Part shown: piece after piece, positions 32,809 through 43,495 of the stretch
Position numbering within the stretch: position 1 is the first letter of the stretch
How the letters are laid out: every line of letters begins with the position of its first letter
Assembly: GCA_963771885.1 (NCBI GenBank)
Contig: CAVYVF010000001.1
Coordinates: 34,777 to 98,776, forward strand
Direction: 5' to 3'
DNA length: 64,000 bases
Source: Candidatus Bathyarchaeota archaeon
Lineage (GTDB): Archaea; Thermoproteota; Bathyarchaeia; TCS64
Made by a program: the position numbers and the translations under genes
The notes under the pieces: generated by a model
What the model was told of the DNA's origin: nothing
Database searches by the model: none
Seen by the model: only the letters and a program-made list of their open reading frames with translations

Positions 32809-33141
32809 GTGGTATTCATGCCAAGCTACAGAGTCAAGGTGACAATCCAGAAGAAGGTCGATCCTAACTATATATTCGATGGAAAAGTACCTAACCAGCC
32901 CGGGAAAGGCCGCCCATACACGGTCTGCCCAATTGATGAAAAGAGTGTGTGGATCGTTGAAAAGGACGGAAAGATGCCAGAGGGCTTCTGCAGTTGGGCC
33001 TGGAGAGACCTCTATAAGGACTTGGCTGTGCTGAGACACGGAGGCGGCTTTGAGGATTGGGTTGAGCTTCCCTACATGTTCACCTCTTGCTCGGATGGCA
33101 TAAGGCCAGTCAGCTTCAAACTAGAAGTACTGAGAGATTAA
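32809..33141 (+). CDS. TIGR04076-family protein
   Basis: MPEGFCSWAW..., SCSDGIRPVSFKLE. Confidence 0.85.
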   Translation: MVFMPSYRVKVTIQKKVDPNYIFDGKVPNQPGKGRPYTVCPIDEKSVWIVEKDGKMPEGFCSWAWRDLYKDLAVLRHGGGFEDWVELPYMFTSCSDGIRPVSFKLEVLRD

Positions 33142-33231
33142 GACGCGTGCTCCTCGTCTCAGGTGAGGGACTTACTATCCACTAGATAGTGCGTTGAAAC
33201 CTTCAACTCGAGGAACGACCGGCTTTAAAAC

Positions 33232-33561
33232 TCATGCCCTTTTCTCTACCACGATTGTACACTTGGTCGCAATCGCGGCGATGACGCCGAGGGCGGCCAT
33301 CCACGGTGCAAGTATTGCCCCGACGATTCCTACTGTTGCAGGAATCTCGAGCAGCAGTTTCCCAGAATCGTCCTTCACGATTATCCGGGTAACGTTGCCC
33401 TCATGAAGCAACTCCTGGACCCTCTTCATGACGTCGTCTGCGGCCACCGAGAACTCCTCGGTCACGTAGCTGCCGAGCCGGGTACCGCAGAACTTGCAGT
33501 AGGTCGAATCCTCAGGTATCTCTTGGCTACACTTTGGACAAGTTACCAATGTTATTCCCAT
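33232..33561 (-). CDS. Zinc-ribbon + DUF4342 protein
   Basis: CPKC..CKFCG; ELLHEGNVTRIIVK..LLEIP. Confidence 0.85.
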   Translation of the reverse strand: MGITLVTCPKCSQEIPEDSTYCKFCGTRLGSYVTEEFSVAADDVMKRVQELLHEGNVTRIIVKDDSGKLLLEIPATVGIVGAILAPWMAALGVIAAIATKCTIVVEKRA

Positions 33562-33793
33562 TAGTGTTTTTGATTCGGTGGATAATAGCCCTATCGGGTT
33601 CGCGCATAAGTAGGCAATACCAGTTTTTACCTAAGGTGAGAATTTGGGGCCTTTCGGCCCCTACGATGCCGGGAATGGCTTCAAGATTGGCAGACTCAGG
33701 AAGCGTGTTTAGTCACTGAAACATAGAATATGAATTAAATGGAGTAGTGAACTGTATGAGTTGTTCAGTTTTTTTGCCTAACGGTGAGGATAA

Positions 33794-34513
33794 TTAGTCG
33801 ATCAGTACGCTATGGCTTGTTATCGATGCATCCTCGCCGAGGTGTGAGCCATCGCAGAGCGGGTACATCTCCGATCTTCCACACCTACATAGGGTGACGC
33901 GGTTGCGCACCTCGTACACGTAGCCGTCGGTTGCCTCTATCTCAACGCCCCCCCTAACCCAGAGGGCACCAGGTACTCCATCCTGGTCTTCTGTGACGGC
34001 GATGCCTGGTTTGAGGTTAGGCTCGATGGCGTTTCCTCGTTTATCCCATTCGACTAGTCGGCCGGAGGGGCAGTCGGCAGCCTGCTGGATGGCGGTCTCC
34101 TTGTACTCAGGGGTGTCGCTGTTCACTGTGAGGTTCCAGATGTTTCCCGCCCTGGTGCAGAATCCCGCCCCGATGCAGAGTTCCTTTTTATCGGTCAGTT
34201 TTAGCTCGGGGCCTTCGTAGACCCTAGCATTCTCCAGGTACGGTGTCCTGTCGGCTGTCTCTACGCCCTTGAAACCAACTTTTTCGTGTGACCCGTCGCA
34301 GTAGGGTTTATTCTTGGATCTTCCGCAGCGGCAGAGTGAGTAGGTCTCCCTCACGGGGTATGTCTTCGTTTGGACCCAGTGTAGGGGGTAACCCTTATCG
34401 TCGACCTCGATAACCATCCCCGTTAATGGGAGGCCGCCGGTCACGATGTATGGACCGTTTTTCGTGACCTTTATCCTACCCTTCTTGTTGGCTCGCTTGC
34501 GCGGGGGTTCCAT
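33794..34513 (-). CDS. CDGSH iron-sulfur domain protein
   Basis: Two LCRCGRS...CDGSH motifs flanking a divergent 4Fe-4S domain (CIGAGFC..CPSG). Confidence 0.9.
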   Translation of the reverse strand: MEPPRKRANKKGRIKVTKNGPYIVTGGLPLTGMVIEVDDKGYPLHWVQTKTYPVRETYSLCRCGRSKNKPYCDGSHEKVGFKGVETADRTPYLENARVYEGPELKLTDKKELCIGAGFCTRAGNIWNLTVNSDTPEYKETAIQQAADCPSGRLVEWDKRGNAIEPNLKPGIAVTEDQDGVPGALWVRGGVEIEATDGYVYEVRNRVTLCRCGRSEMYPLCDGSHLGEDASITSHSVLID

Positions 34514-34573
34514 TGGGATATTGAGGGTGTTATGTAAAATAAAGGTGCATGTGGAGTCATCGGGTCTCACTAC

Positions 34574-35212
34574 TCACCGACGTCCAACATATCTAATTAT
34601 GAGCGCCATAATGAATCCCGCTACGAACCCGCCGACGTGCGCCATATAAGCGACGCCTCCCGTCTCTGAAGAGGCCGCAATTGAGCCTACGCCGTTGAAG
34701 AATTGTAAGACGAACCAGAACCCGAGCACTATCAGGGCGGGTAGGTGGGTTATGAAGCGGACGAGCAGTACGGTCACCCTCCTCATGGGGTATAATAGAA
34801 GGTAGGCTCCGAGGACCCCGGCGATGGCTCCCGAAGCGCCCAGGTTGGGGATGTTGGAGCCTAGGGTGAATGCGAGCTGCGCGGCTATCGCGGCTAAGCC
34901 GCTTAATAGGTAAAAGGCAAGAAAGCCTAGGTGGCCGAATCTGTCCTCGATGTTGTTGCCGAAGACCCAGAGGTAGAGCATATTTCCACCGAGGTGGAGC
35001 CATCCGGCGTGCATGAACATGGATGTGAAGAGTGTGACCGACTGTAGTGTTGGGTCGGCCATGAAGCGGCTGGGGATGAACGCCCATTTGATGATAAATA
35101 GGTCTCCTAGGCTGAGCTCGGTGATGAAGACGAGGATGTTTGCGACGATTAATGCGTAGGTTATCATTGGGGTGGTTCTGTTTGCGCTATCGTCGTCGGC
35201 GATTGGGATCAT
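34574..35212 (-). CDS. Rhomboid family intramembrane serine protease
   Basis: FMHAGWLHLGGNM, GASGA, AHVGGF. Confidence 0.93.
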   Translation of the reverse strand: MIPIADDDSANRTTPMITYALIVANILVFITELSLGDLFIIKWAFIPSRFMADPTLQSVTLFTSMFMHAGWLHLGGNMLYLWVFGNNIEDRFGHLGFLAFYLLSGLAAIAAQLAFTLGSNIPNLGASGAIAGVLGAYLLLYPMRRVTVLLVRFITHLPALIVLGFWFVLQFFNGVGSIAASSETGGVAYMAHVGGFVAGFIMALIIRYVGRR

Positions 35213-35368
35213 GTGTTACGAGTAGTTTATCGAGGATTTACGGCTTTAATCTTGGGGTGAATGGAGTGCGCGTGAGGGCAGCATCTAAATGATAGCACTC
35301 ACCGAGAGAAAAAATCGGGTAAATAATCGGATTCTCTCACTCGCGGGAGTACAGAAAAGAAGGCCTGT

Positions 35369-35773
35369 CTAGTATTCCACTACTCGTCCAAGCTTCTTAG
35401 CCTGCTCAACCCAATCCTTCACCGCGCTCATCGGAGGAGGACGGTTAACCAAGTTCTTCTTCTCGTTAACTTCAAGGATCTTCGCGTGAAGGTTCTCAGG
35501 TACTCTCTTAGCCAACTCAGCCACCGTATCAACACCAGCTTCCTCGAGGAGATCCGAGTACTCTGAACCGATCCCCTTGATCCTGAAGAGGTCAGCGAGG
35601 TTAACCCACTCCAATATAAGCTTCTTATCAATACCCGTCTTCTCGGCGAGTTCCTCACGCGTTTTCACGGCCGCCCCAGCTTTTAGCAACTCGTCTGTTG
35701 TCTTGATTCCAATTTCACCTAGCTTCTTCGCGTAGACTGGTCCGATTCCCTCAATATCTACAATCTTCGCCAT
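35369..35773 (-). CDS. DUF4332 domain (HhH) protein
   Basis: IEGIGP.YA.KL, WVNLADLFRIKGIG.EYSDLLEEAGVDTV. Confidence 0.9.
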   Translation of the reverse strand: MAKIVDIEGIGPVYAKKLGEIGIKTTDELLKAGAAVKTREELAEKTGIDKKLILEWVNLADLFRIKGIGSEYSDLLEEAGVDTVAELAKRVPENLHAKILEVNEKKNLVNRPPPMSAVKDWVEQAKKLGRVVEY

Positions 35774-35841
35774 TGCATCGCCAATTGAAAAGAGGGAGAG
35801 AATTAATTTTTAAAGCATTTGCTCTGAAAAAAAGGGTGATT

Positions 35842-36240
35842 CTATTTGAGCTTCGTCTTGGAAAGCTGCTTGCTAAGCCAGAATACTACCAAGGCGATTA
35901 TAATGAAGTCGATAAGGGCTCCCGCGAAGTCACCTAGGAGGAACTTAATCGGCCCTACTTCGAATACCGCGGTTCTCCAATCCCCACCTGGGATGATGAC
36001 TGCGATTATGGGCATAATTAGGTCGCTTACGAGTGCTGAGATGAGTCTGCCCGCGGCGCCTCCTATGATGAAGGCGATAGCTAGGCCAACTACACCGAAT
36101 TTGTTGAGAAAGTCCATGAACTCCTCGCTGAAGGATTTCTTGGCCGGGGGAGGTGTCGGAGGGGCTGGCTTGGGGGTTAGCAACTCCTTGATCTCCATAA
36201 GGGTTGTTAACATCTTATCTTGGGTTACCTTGTCTGCCAA
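35842..36240 (-). CDS. mscL: Large-conductance mechanosensitive channel family protein
   Basis: EFMDFL..VVGLAIAFIIG.A..LV.DLIMP..G.F..A.IDF; TTG start after GGTGA. Confidence 0.85.
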   Translation of the reverse strand: MADKVTQDKMLTTLMEIKELLTPKPAPPTPPPAKKSFSEEFMDFLNKFGVVGLAIAFIIGGAAGRLISALVSDLIMPIIAVIIPGGDWRTAVFEVGPIKFLLGDFAGALIDFIIIALVVFWLSKQLSKTKLK

Positions 36241-36380
36241 ATTCTTCACCGAGTAAATCATTGTCGCTTTTCTTATATAAATTGGAAAGGATATGAGGGA
36301 AAATCTGGGCACATTACGAACATAGTTAAGAAGTCTCTGGTCCTGTGGCAGTCTCCGCGTAGAGTTTTGCCGCCATTATG

Positions 36381-37017
36381 TTACTCTATCCCTATCATCT
36401 GGCGTAACTTAAGATAAGCAGTTCTTCGCTCGTCGACGTTATTCGTGTTGAAACGTAGGAAAAAGGGTCGATGCTTCATGTCGAACGGGGAATCAGCCTT
36501 GCCATGTATGAAGAAAAGCATCGCCGCGAAATGTACCGCAACCGTACCCTCCCGCTTGAGTACGCCCCTGAATAACTCCTCAACCACATCTGGAGGGTGA
36601 TAATGCTCGACGATGTTAAGGGTCTGAGATAATCCTCCATAAAAGTTGGTAACTTGAAGTGCCTCAACAAGAGCTTTGAGACGGTCCGCTTCACTTACCA
36701 GCTTCGGCGCGTATCTTATGATTCCTATGCGTACCTCGGCACCGCCGTCGTGGAAGGCTGCCATAAGTGCCTTCCTCGAATTTGTGCTCCCAAGCGCTGC
36801 TAAGGCCTCGATGTCCCGCCAATCTAGAGGACTTCGGTTGATGAGAAGTTTCTCAATCTCATCGCGTTCATCGGGCTTTGCCTCGCGGACTGCTTCAATG
36901 TCGTAGCCGACGCCGTCGTGCCATTTCTCATAGGTTGATCATCATGCTGTTTTTGAATCGGTTGAAGGGAGTGTCTCGTTTTTCAGTATCTGTCTGGTGC
37001 TCATTTTTTGGCTTCAT
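36381..37017 (-). CDS. Hypothetical protein (one frameshift at ~36923)
   Basis: Removing one C gives SMMINYEKWHDGVGYDIEA... in frame with ORF 36381..36764. Confidence 0.65.
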
Positions 37018-37242
37018 TCAATCACCATGATCAGGCATCTTGAACCACGCGTGTATTGGGCGATGTTTGATACATTGTAATTGATCTTAATCGTCCTTAT
37101 CATTTTAATAGAATCTGCTTAACATGCGGGTGAGTCCTCTATGGCGCGCGCGGTTTGAATCTTTTAATCTTGGGCATTTTTTGTTTAGCTTAATGATTTT
37201 TCATTCTCAAAGCTTAGATTTATCAACGCTTACCTTTCTACC

Positions 37243-39655
37243 ATGAACCTCCCGCCGGAGCGCCTGGGATCATTTTACCTCGGTGCCAAATACGACTTAG
37301 ATAAGGGTAGAGTCACACCTGAGCCGGTTAACTACGATGCAAGGGACCTAACCACGCATATGGTTTGCCTCGGGATGACGGGGAGTGGGAAAACCGGCTT
37401 ATGCATCTGTCTCCTCGAAGAGGCGGCTCTCGACAAGGTTCCAGCCATAATCATTGATCCAAAGGGGGACATCACGAATCTCCTACTGCAGTTCCCCGAC
37501 CTCGAGACGAAGGACTTCCAGCCATGGATCAACGCCGACGATGCACGGCGAAAAGGTATGTCGCTAGACGAGTACGCAGCTAGCACGGCTGACACTTGGA
37601 AGAAGGGCTTAGCGGATTGGGGAATCACAGGCGAAAGGATAGCTCAACTTAAGCAATCGGTCGAGTACACGATTTTCACTCCGGGCTCAGAGTCAGGCAT
37701 ACCAATCAGCATTCTAAGTAGCCTCGCCTCACCCAAGCTAGACTTCAAGGTCGACGGCGAATTGGCACGTGACCGTATAACAGGTACCGTTTCTGCCCTC
37801 ATTGATCTTCTCGGCTTGAAGATAGACTCCACCCGGAGCCAGGAGGGGATCCTATTGTCAAACATCTTCGAGTACTACTGGAGTAGAAACGAAGACTTGA
37901 CGCTGGAGAAACTCATCACCTCCATCCAGAAGCCACCATTCGCGAAGCTAGGGGTCTTCGACCTAGAGACCTTCTATCCGTCGAAGGACCGCTTTCAACT
38001 GGCTATTGCGATGAACACCCTCATCGCGTCACCCAGCTTCCAAAGCTGGCTCGAGGGTGAAACACTCGACGTCGATAGGCTTCTATATAACAGCGGAGGG
38101 TAAACCCCGACACAGTATATTCTACCTAGCCCACCTAAGCGATGCTGAAAGGATGTTCATTGTGACGCTACTCCTTGAAAACATTCTCACATGGGTCAGG
38201 CGCCAGCAAGGGACGACGAGCCTCAAAGCCATCCTATACTTCGACGAGGTCTTCGGATTCATGCCCCCAGTGGCCGAACCGTCCTCAAAGAAGCCCCTCA
38301 TTACGCTACTCAAGCAGTCCCGGGCAATCGGGCTAGGCGTCACACTCGTGACCCAGAATCCAGTCGACATCGACTACAAAGGTCTAACAAATACGGGCAC
38401 CTGGCTCATTGGAAAGCTGCAGGCGGAGAGGGATAAGGAAAAGGTTATCGAAGGACTCCGCGGGGCAATCGCCGAGTCCAGCGGGGTAGGTGGAGAGACG
38501 AACTACCACTTACTCATCAACAAGTTATCAAGCAGGGTCTTCCTGATGCACAATATCCATCAGGGTCCCCCACAGGTGATTACCTCGAGGTGGGCGATGA
38601 GCTACCTCCGCGGCCCGCTTACAAAACCCCAAATCAATGAGCTAATGAGGGACAAACTGACTAAAAAAGCGGAGACGAAGGTCGAGGCCAACTAGACAAG
38701 GCGACCTTTTCAACTCACCGCCTAGTTTAGATCCCAGAATTAAGCAGGTGTTCCTAGACCTAGGAACAAATGGACAAGCAGGCAACATCCTCCTCGAGCC
38801 TAACTCAGTATTTGTCTATAAGCCTCACTTGATGGCGAAGGCAACTGTAAATTACTTCGATAAGAGGCTGGGAGTCGATCGTCAAATATCTGAAACATGT
38901 CTCTTTGAGGCTGACGAGCAAGCGGGGGTAGGTCTGGGAAAACGCCAGCGTTATTCCCTCAAATCAGCTAAGATACTCAGCGAATCCATACACAAACGCC
39001 TCATTCACAACGATTCCACCTCACATTAACACCTATGAAAAACTCACCCAACTCGGCAAATCCGTCATTAACTACCTAGTCCAGAACTCGAGGCTCAGGA
39101 TCCTCTCGCATAAAGAGTTGAACCTCACCCAGGGGAACAACGAGGACGAGCGTACATTTATCATCCGACTCAGAGACGCGGCCCGCGAGCTAAGGGACGC
39201 CGAAGTCAAGAAGATCCAGGACGACTACGAGGAGAAGATCGACAGAGTGGAGACGAAGATGCGCTCCCTCGAAAGAGGGCTTCAGAGCGATAAGGATGAG
39301 GTTCAGGCTCGTAAACGCGAAGAGTACGTTGGAGTAGGTGAAACCCTTCTTGGCTTCTTCATTGGGCGCAAAAGAACCACCGGCATAACAACCGCTTCCA
39401 GGCGTAGGAGGATGACGGAGAAAGCGGAGGACGAGGCAGAGGAGAAGACGGCGAAGATAGGAGACCTAAAAAAAGACATAGACGAGCTCGAGTCCGACCT
39501 CAAACATGCAATAGATAAGGTCACATATAGGTGGGAAAACGTTGAGAAAACCGTTTCAGTCGTGGAGTTGAAGCCGAAAATTGGGGATGTTCAAACTAAA
39601 TCAATTAGCCCTCGCCTGGGTTCCGAAATCTCAGATGATTACACCCCAAGAATAA
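37243..39655 (+). CDS. HerA/FtsK-superfamily ATPase (DUF87/DUF853-like) with coiled-coil tail; four frameshifts
   Basis: [33 protein letters not shown]. Single extra bases at ~38090, ~38687, ~38931 and ~39595 give one ORF ending [14 protein letters not shown]. Confidence 0.85.
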
Positions 39656-39686
39656 TCATCTTGTTGCGCGCGAATGAACACCGGAT

Positions 39687-39968
39687 TCAATCGCTGTTTT
39701 CTACATCAACGTATTGAAATGCTATTTCCATTAATTCGATGAACTGTTCTCCCTTAGAAGAAATTTTGTAAACCTCATCAGCTATCAATGGGTTCTCCGA
39801 TTCGCTCTTCTTAATTAGTCTCTCCGAGACGAGCGGATCCAAAGCATCTTTCAGATCCTGTCTTGATAGCCTCATGCATTTAGCTAGATCTTCGCAACTA
39901 CATGTACCCCCCTTGACCTGAGTTAGTATTTCGAGGTAAAACTCGAATTTCGACCTGTGATGATACAG
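39687..39968 (-). CDS. ArnR1-like winged helix-turn-helix protein, probable CTG start
   Basis: Extension LYHHRSKFEFYLEILTQVKGG; YKISSKGEQFI; TTTATAT about 25 bp upstream; paralogue of 18003..18302. Confidence 0.78.
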   Translation of the reverse strand: MYHHRSKFEFYLEILTQVKGGTCSCEDLAKCMRLSRQDLKDALDPLVSERLIKKSESENPLIADEVYKISSKGEQFIELMEIAFQYVDVENSD

Positions 39969-40233
39969 TGTATTTACGGTTTTTCAATTTATGATATAAA
40001 ATGTGTGGACTAATTATTCTAATTAATTTAATTCGATTATTTTGACGCCTATTCACCGCCTCCCCACTCACGTGCATCCCTAGACGACTCTAGGGGCTGA
40101 AGGTTGTCTCTAAGTGGGTGCAGGCTGAGTTTTTTACCGAGTATTTACCTGAACCAATTATAGTGTTCAATTATTAAGTTCGGGTCCATAATTCTTATCG
40201 TCAGATTAGCCATAGGTTCGGCTGTCATAACTT

Positions 40234-40470
40234 ATGATAGTCTTTGAGGAAGAGCCCCAAGGGCAATATGGGTTCAGCAGCGACATGCAAAAGGACGAGA
40301 CCGAGTGTCGAAAATGCGTCTATTTAGAGGGGCTTAACACCAAGACAAAGATAACTGTCTGTAAGATCTGTGACCAGTTTAAGATGAGTGGCAAGGAGCA
40401 CATGCGTAAGCATGAAGATATCAAATATACTCGTAAAGAAATCGTAAAAATATTGTTAGATATTCCGTGA
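40234..40470 (+). CDS. Small Cys-rich hypothetical protein
   Basis: CRKC..CKIC; ATG about 30-40 bp after an AT-rich box. Confidence 0.5.
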   Translation: MIVFEEEPQGQYGFSSDMQKDETECRKCVYLEGLNTKTKITVCKICDQFKMSGKEHMRKHEDIKYTRKEIVKILLDIP

Positions 40471-40641
40471 GGATGTGGAAAAAAACCTTGATGGATGCGT
40501 CAGGGATACGCTAGATATCTTGTGAAGATGGTCAATTGAGAGAACGCGTTTACTTTATGAAAGCGAGGTAACAGGACGCGTGGTTTTTCTGGTGAAAACA
40601 ATTTTTACGCGTGGATTTGAACAAGGGGTACAATCGTAAAA

Positions 40642-41418
40642 CTAGTTAGTTAAATCCAGTATCTCGGCAATCGAGGCGTTTCTCTTTACGGACTCGATAC
40701 CATTCAGCCTGTCTCCTGGATTGGTGTAGCCTTGGCTAACCGCGATAATCTCGTTATTCGCGGCGATGAGCCTGAACCTATATTCGCCACCTGAGTCCCT
40801 ATAGGTCTCAAATCTGGCTCTAAACACGAGCCCCTTGGTCTCAGACTCCTCAATCGGGGCATAAGCAGCTATCCTCTTAACGACTTCAACCCCATTTATG
40901 CAGCCGTTAAGATTTTCATATGACTCACTGGCAGCGATGATCAAATGATTTGGTGCCTTAAGCCTAAATCTGAACCCGCCCGCCTTATCCTCATAGACCT
41001 CGAATAGCGGCTCTGACTCTCTTGGGAGACTGACGTCTGAGAATCTGGCATCGCTTATGTTTATGTCGTGATCGTTATGGAGAGAATAGAATACTCCAAG
41101 TGGTTTTAGGGCACGATCAATTTTCTGTATTAGGAGAAGTTGATCCTCTAGGTCCGGGGTTTTGTACCAGTTGAAGGAAAAGTCGTATTCTCCGATCTCT
41201 GCGTGGTATTTGTCGATTAATGTGCTACATCTTTCTTCAGTTATTCCGCCAAATGATCGGAAGTAGCTCATTATCCCTTCTTGGTTGTCAAACATTGGTT
41301 GACTCAATGCAATGTATGGGTCCATTATACAGACTTGTGGTGTTTTGATAGAGATAGCTTCGAGCGCCTTGATGGCTTTCCCGAGTGGGGGTCCCATTAT
41401 CTTTACATAAGTCTTCAA
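40642..41418 (-). CDS. Fusion of an archaeal unknown domain with tandem YegP/DUF1508 domains
   Basis: Two FE.Y.D..G..RFRL.A.N..IIA.S..Y...NG.E.VK repeats at the C-terminus. Confidence 0.8.
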   Translation of the reverse strand: MKTYVKIMGPPLGKAIKALEAISIKTPQVCIMDPYIALSQPMFDNQEGIMSYFRSFGGITEERCSTLIDKYHAEIGEYDFSFNWYKTPDLEDQLLLIQKIDRALKPLGVFYSLHNDHDINISDARFSDVSLPRESEPLFEVYEDKAGGFRFRLKAPNHLIIAASESYENLNGCINGVEVVKRIAAYAPIEESETKGLVFRARFETYRDSGGEYRFRLIAANNEIIAVSQGYTNPGDRLNGIESVKRNASIAEILDLTN

Positions 41419-41557
41419 AGAGGATCAATATTTTTTTCTTCACCGTGAATAATAAAGGTGAGCTACCCCGCCCTTTAGTCAATCTAGCAAGGCGGTTTTA
41501 GTTATTCAGAAAGACTCGAAGTGCCAGATAAGATTAATTATTCCTATTAGCACATCG

Positions 41558-42247
41558 ATGATCATGCCCTTCTGTATCCACTGTGGAAAACCCGTTATAT
41601 CAACAGACAAATTTTGCGGAAATTGTGGGAAGCCCGTCTCGAACTCTCAAGAAACAGGAATTTCGGAAGTTAAATCGGCGTCATCTTCCCAATTAAAGAC
41701 CTCTGAAGTAGCTGTTAGCGTAGTCGCCACCAACTCACAGCCAAACTTTGTTGGATCAGCGGGTAAACCCCTCCCATCAGTTGAAACGATGAAGATGATC
41801 GTCCCAGACCAAGTAAGGATCTATGGATTTGGAAAGTCAGACACATTCAACCTCATCATTACGACTCATAGGAGCATATTTGCCAAACTCACGAAGAACA
41901 TTAAGGAGCAGGCCCAAAAGAAGATGAATGAGAAAATGGACGGGGCGAAGATGAATAGAGTGATCAAGTGGATGGCTAAACGAATCGATTACAGCGCCTT
42001 CCTTAACTGGTATGCTGAGAAGACGCCTCAGGAGGTCTTGGATGAAACTCCCGGCAACTACGCCATTGATAACATTGACATCATTGACGTGACGGTTAAT
42101 GATAATAGCGTTGATTCGGAGGAGGGAGGCAAGATCGCTGACTATGAGCTGGTTATTACTACTCGGGAGAAAACACTGAAGTTTAAGTCAATAATTAACC
42201 CGACTAATGTTCGGGGCCAGAGCATATACAACGCTTATAAAAATTAA
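41558..42247 (+). CDS. Zinc-ribbon domain protein
   Basis: FCIHCG...KFCGNCG. Confidence 0.8.
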   Translation: MIMPFCIHCGKPVISTDKFCGNCGKPVSNSQETGISEVKSASSSQLKTSEVAVSVVATNSQPNFVGSAGKPLPSVETMKMIVPDQVRIYGFGKSDTFNLIITTHRSIFAKLTKNIKEQAQKKMNEKMDGAKMNRVIKWMAKRIDYSAFLNWYAEKTPQEVLDETPGNYAIDNIDIIDVTVNDNSVDSEEGGKIADYELVITTREKTLKFKSIINPTNVRGQSIYNAYKN

Positions 42248-42707
42248 TGCTCCTTTCAAAGTACCTGCACACGCGCGCAGAATTCTCGGCAGTTAGATTC
42301 AGCTTCGATTTACGTTTAATAAATTAAAGGCAGTTGCGGAGCCACGATACATCACTGTAAAATGCGCGCGCACGCCACAGCCATTTTAGGAAGCCTGTGA
42401 ATTTAGGCCACTCCTATTTCTACCGTGCAATTATTGCCCACCCGAGTAAGCCAAGGTGAAAGTTTTTATCCACAAACTCCGCGCTGTTCTCTTAGCCGTG
42501 TCGCGCGCGTGAGCTCAGAGAACAGAGACATTTAACATACTCGTCCCCGATGGCGAGTGGCACGACGGGGCTAGATCTGCGCGCGCATCTTTACCTTTTT
42601 CAAATACATTACTTTGCTTAATAAAATGGGAAAAAATCGGACAAATTTATAGTATGATTATATTTTACTATACAAAACTAATATAAATTACCGTTTATTA
42701 CAAACAT

Positions 42708-42953
42708 ATGGTAATTCTGATGGCTGAGGTTGTAATAGTGTTAATGATGCTTGAGCCCGACACAGAGAGAGATGTATTAGAAAAACTTCGTGTTCTTTCA
42801 AACGTCTCAGAAGCCCATTTTCTATATGGCCCTTATGATGCATATGTCAAAGCTGAGGCTAAAACTACTGCTGAGCTTGAGAAACTTGTTTTAGATAATA
42901 TTCGTAGCATTAAAGGTGTGAGATCAACGACAACTTGTTTTGTAGCAGATTAG
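42708..42953 (+). CDS. Lrp/AsnC ligand-binding domain protein
   Basis: EAHFLYGPYD...IRSIKGVRSTTT. Confidence 0.88.
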   Translation: MVILMAEVVIVLMMLEPDTERDVLEKLRVLSNVSEAHFLYGPYDAYVKAEAKTTAELEKLVLDNIRSIKGVRSTTTCFVAD

Positions 42954-42980
42954 CCACAAGCGAGTAACCCCGTCCGGGGC

Positions 42981-43285
42981 TCAGCCGATGAATCGCCAAC
43001 CGGTCATCGGTGTGACTGCTACAGGGGCAGTGGAGTTGATCTCGTGGGTGTAGGCGCCCATGCTGGGGTCGTCGGCCCAGACCTTATGCAGGCTCCGGTT
43101 AGAATGTTCTTGACTTGGCTGAACCTCGCCCTCAGCGACCTGTCCTCATCTAACTGGATTGTGATGGGGTTTGTGTAGTCTCTCGTCGAGTTATTGATGA
43201 TCCAGCAGTCGAAGCTCCAGCCTAGGGATGGTATGGCTTCAATCCTGCTGGAGTTTCCCTGATTAAGAAAGTAGCTGCCGGCCTC
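42981..43285 (-). pseudogene. Fragment of a surface protein with InlB-B/Flg_new-like repeats
   Basis: GSYFLNQGNSSRIEAIPSLGWSFDCW..NPITIQLDEDRSLRARF, then after a frameshift GAYTHEINST..VTPMTGWRFIG*; no start codon; begins at CGCGCGCG 43285. Confidence 0.65.
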
Positions 43286-43495
43286 GCGCGCGTGGGTGCA
43301 TGCATTATTTGATCATATTTGCAGATTATTTAATGAAAATGGATTAATGATTCGTAATTATTAACGATAAAAGTAATTAATATGTGTAATCGTACTGTCT
43401 GATAGACGCAAAAGTTCAAACGCTTTTAAAAAGTGTTAACCAACGATAGCTCAGGTCTTATTTATTTAGCCAACTTTTTCTTAGGAGAGGGTTTA

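Noticed and set aside
37243..39655. HerA-like ATPase as part of a conjugation or defence operon
   Set aside because: No partner nuclease, Sir2 or T4SS genes adjacent.
42266..42588. CRISPR array
   Set aside because: Repeats are only 8-14 bp, non-identical and irregularly spaced; no cas1/cas2 in the window.
42985..43010. CCGATGA...TCATCGG hairpin as terminator or ncRNA
   Set aside because: Lies inside the decayed repeat-protein coding remnant on the minus strand; probably coincidental.
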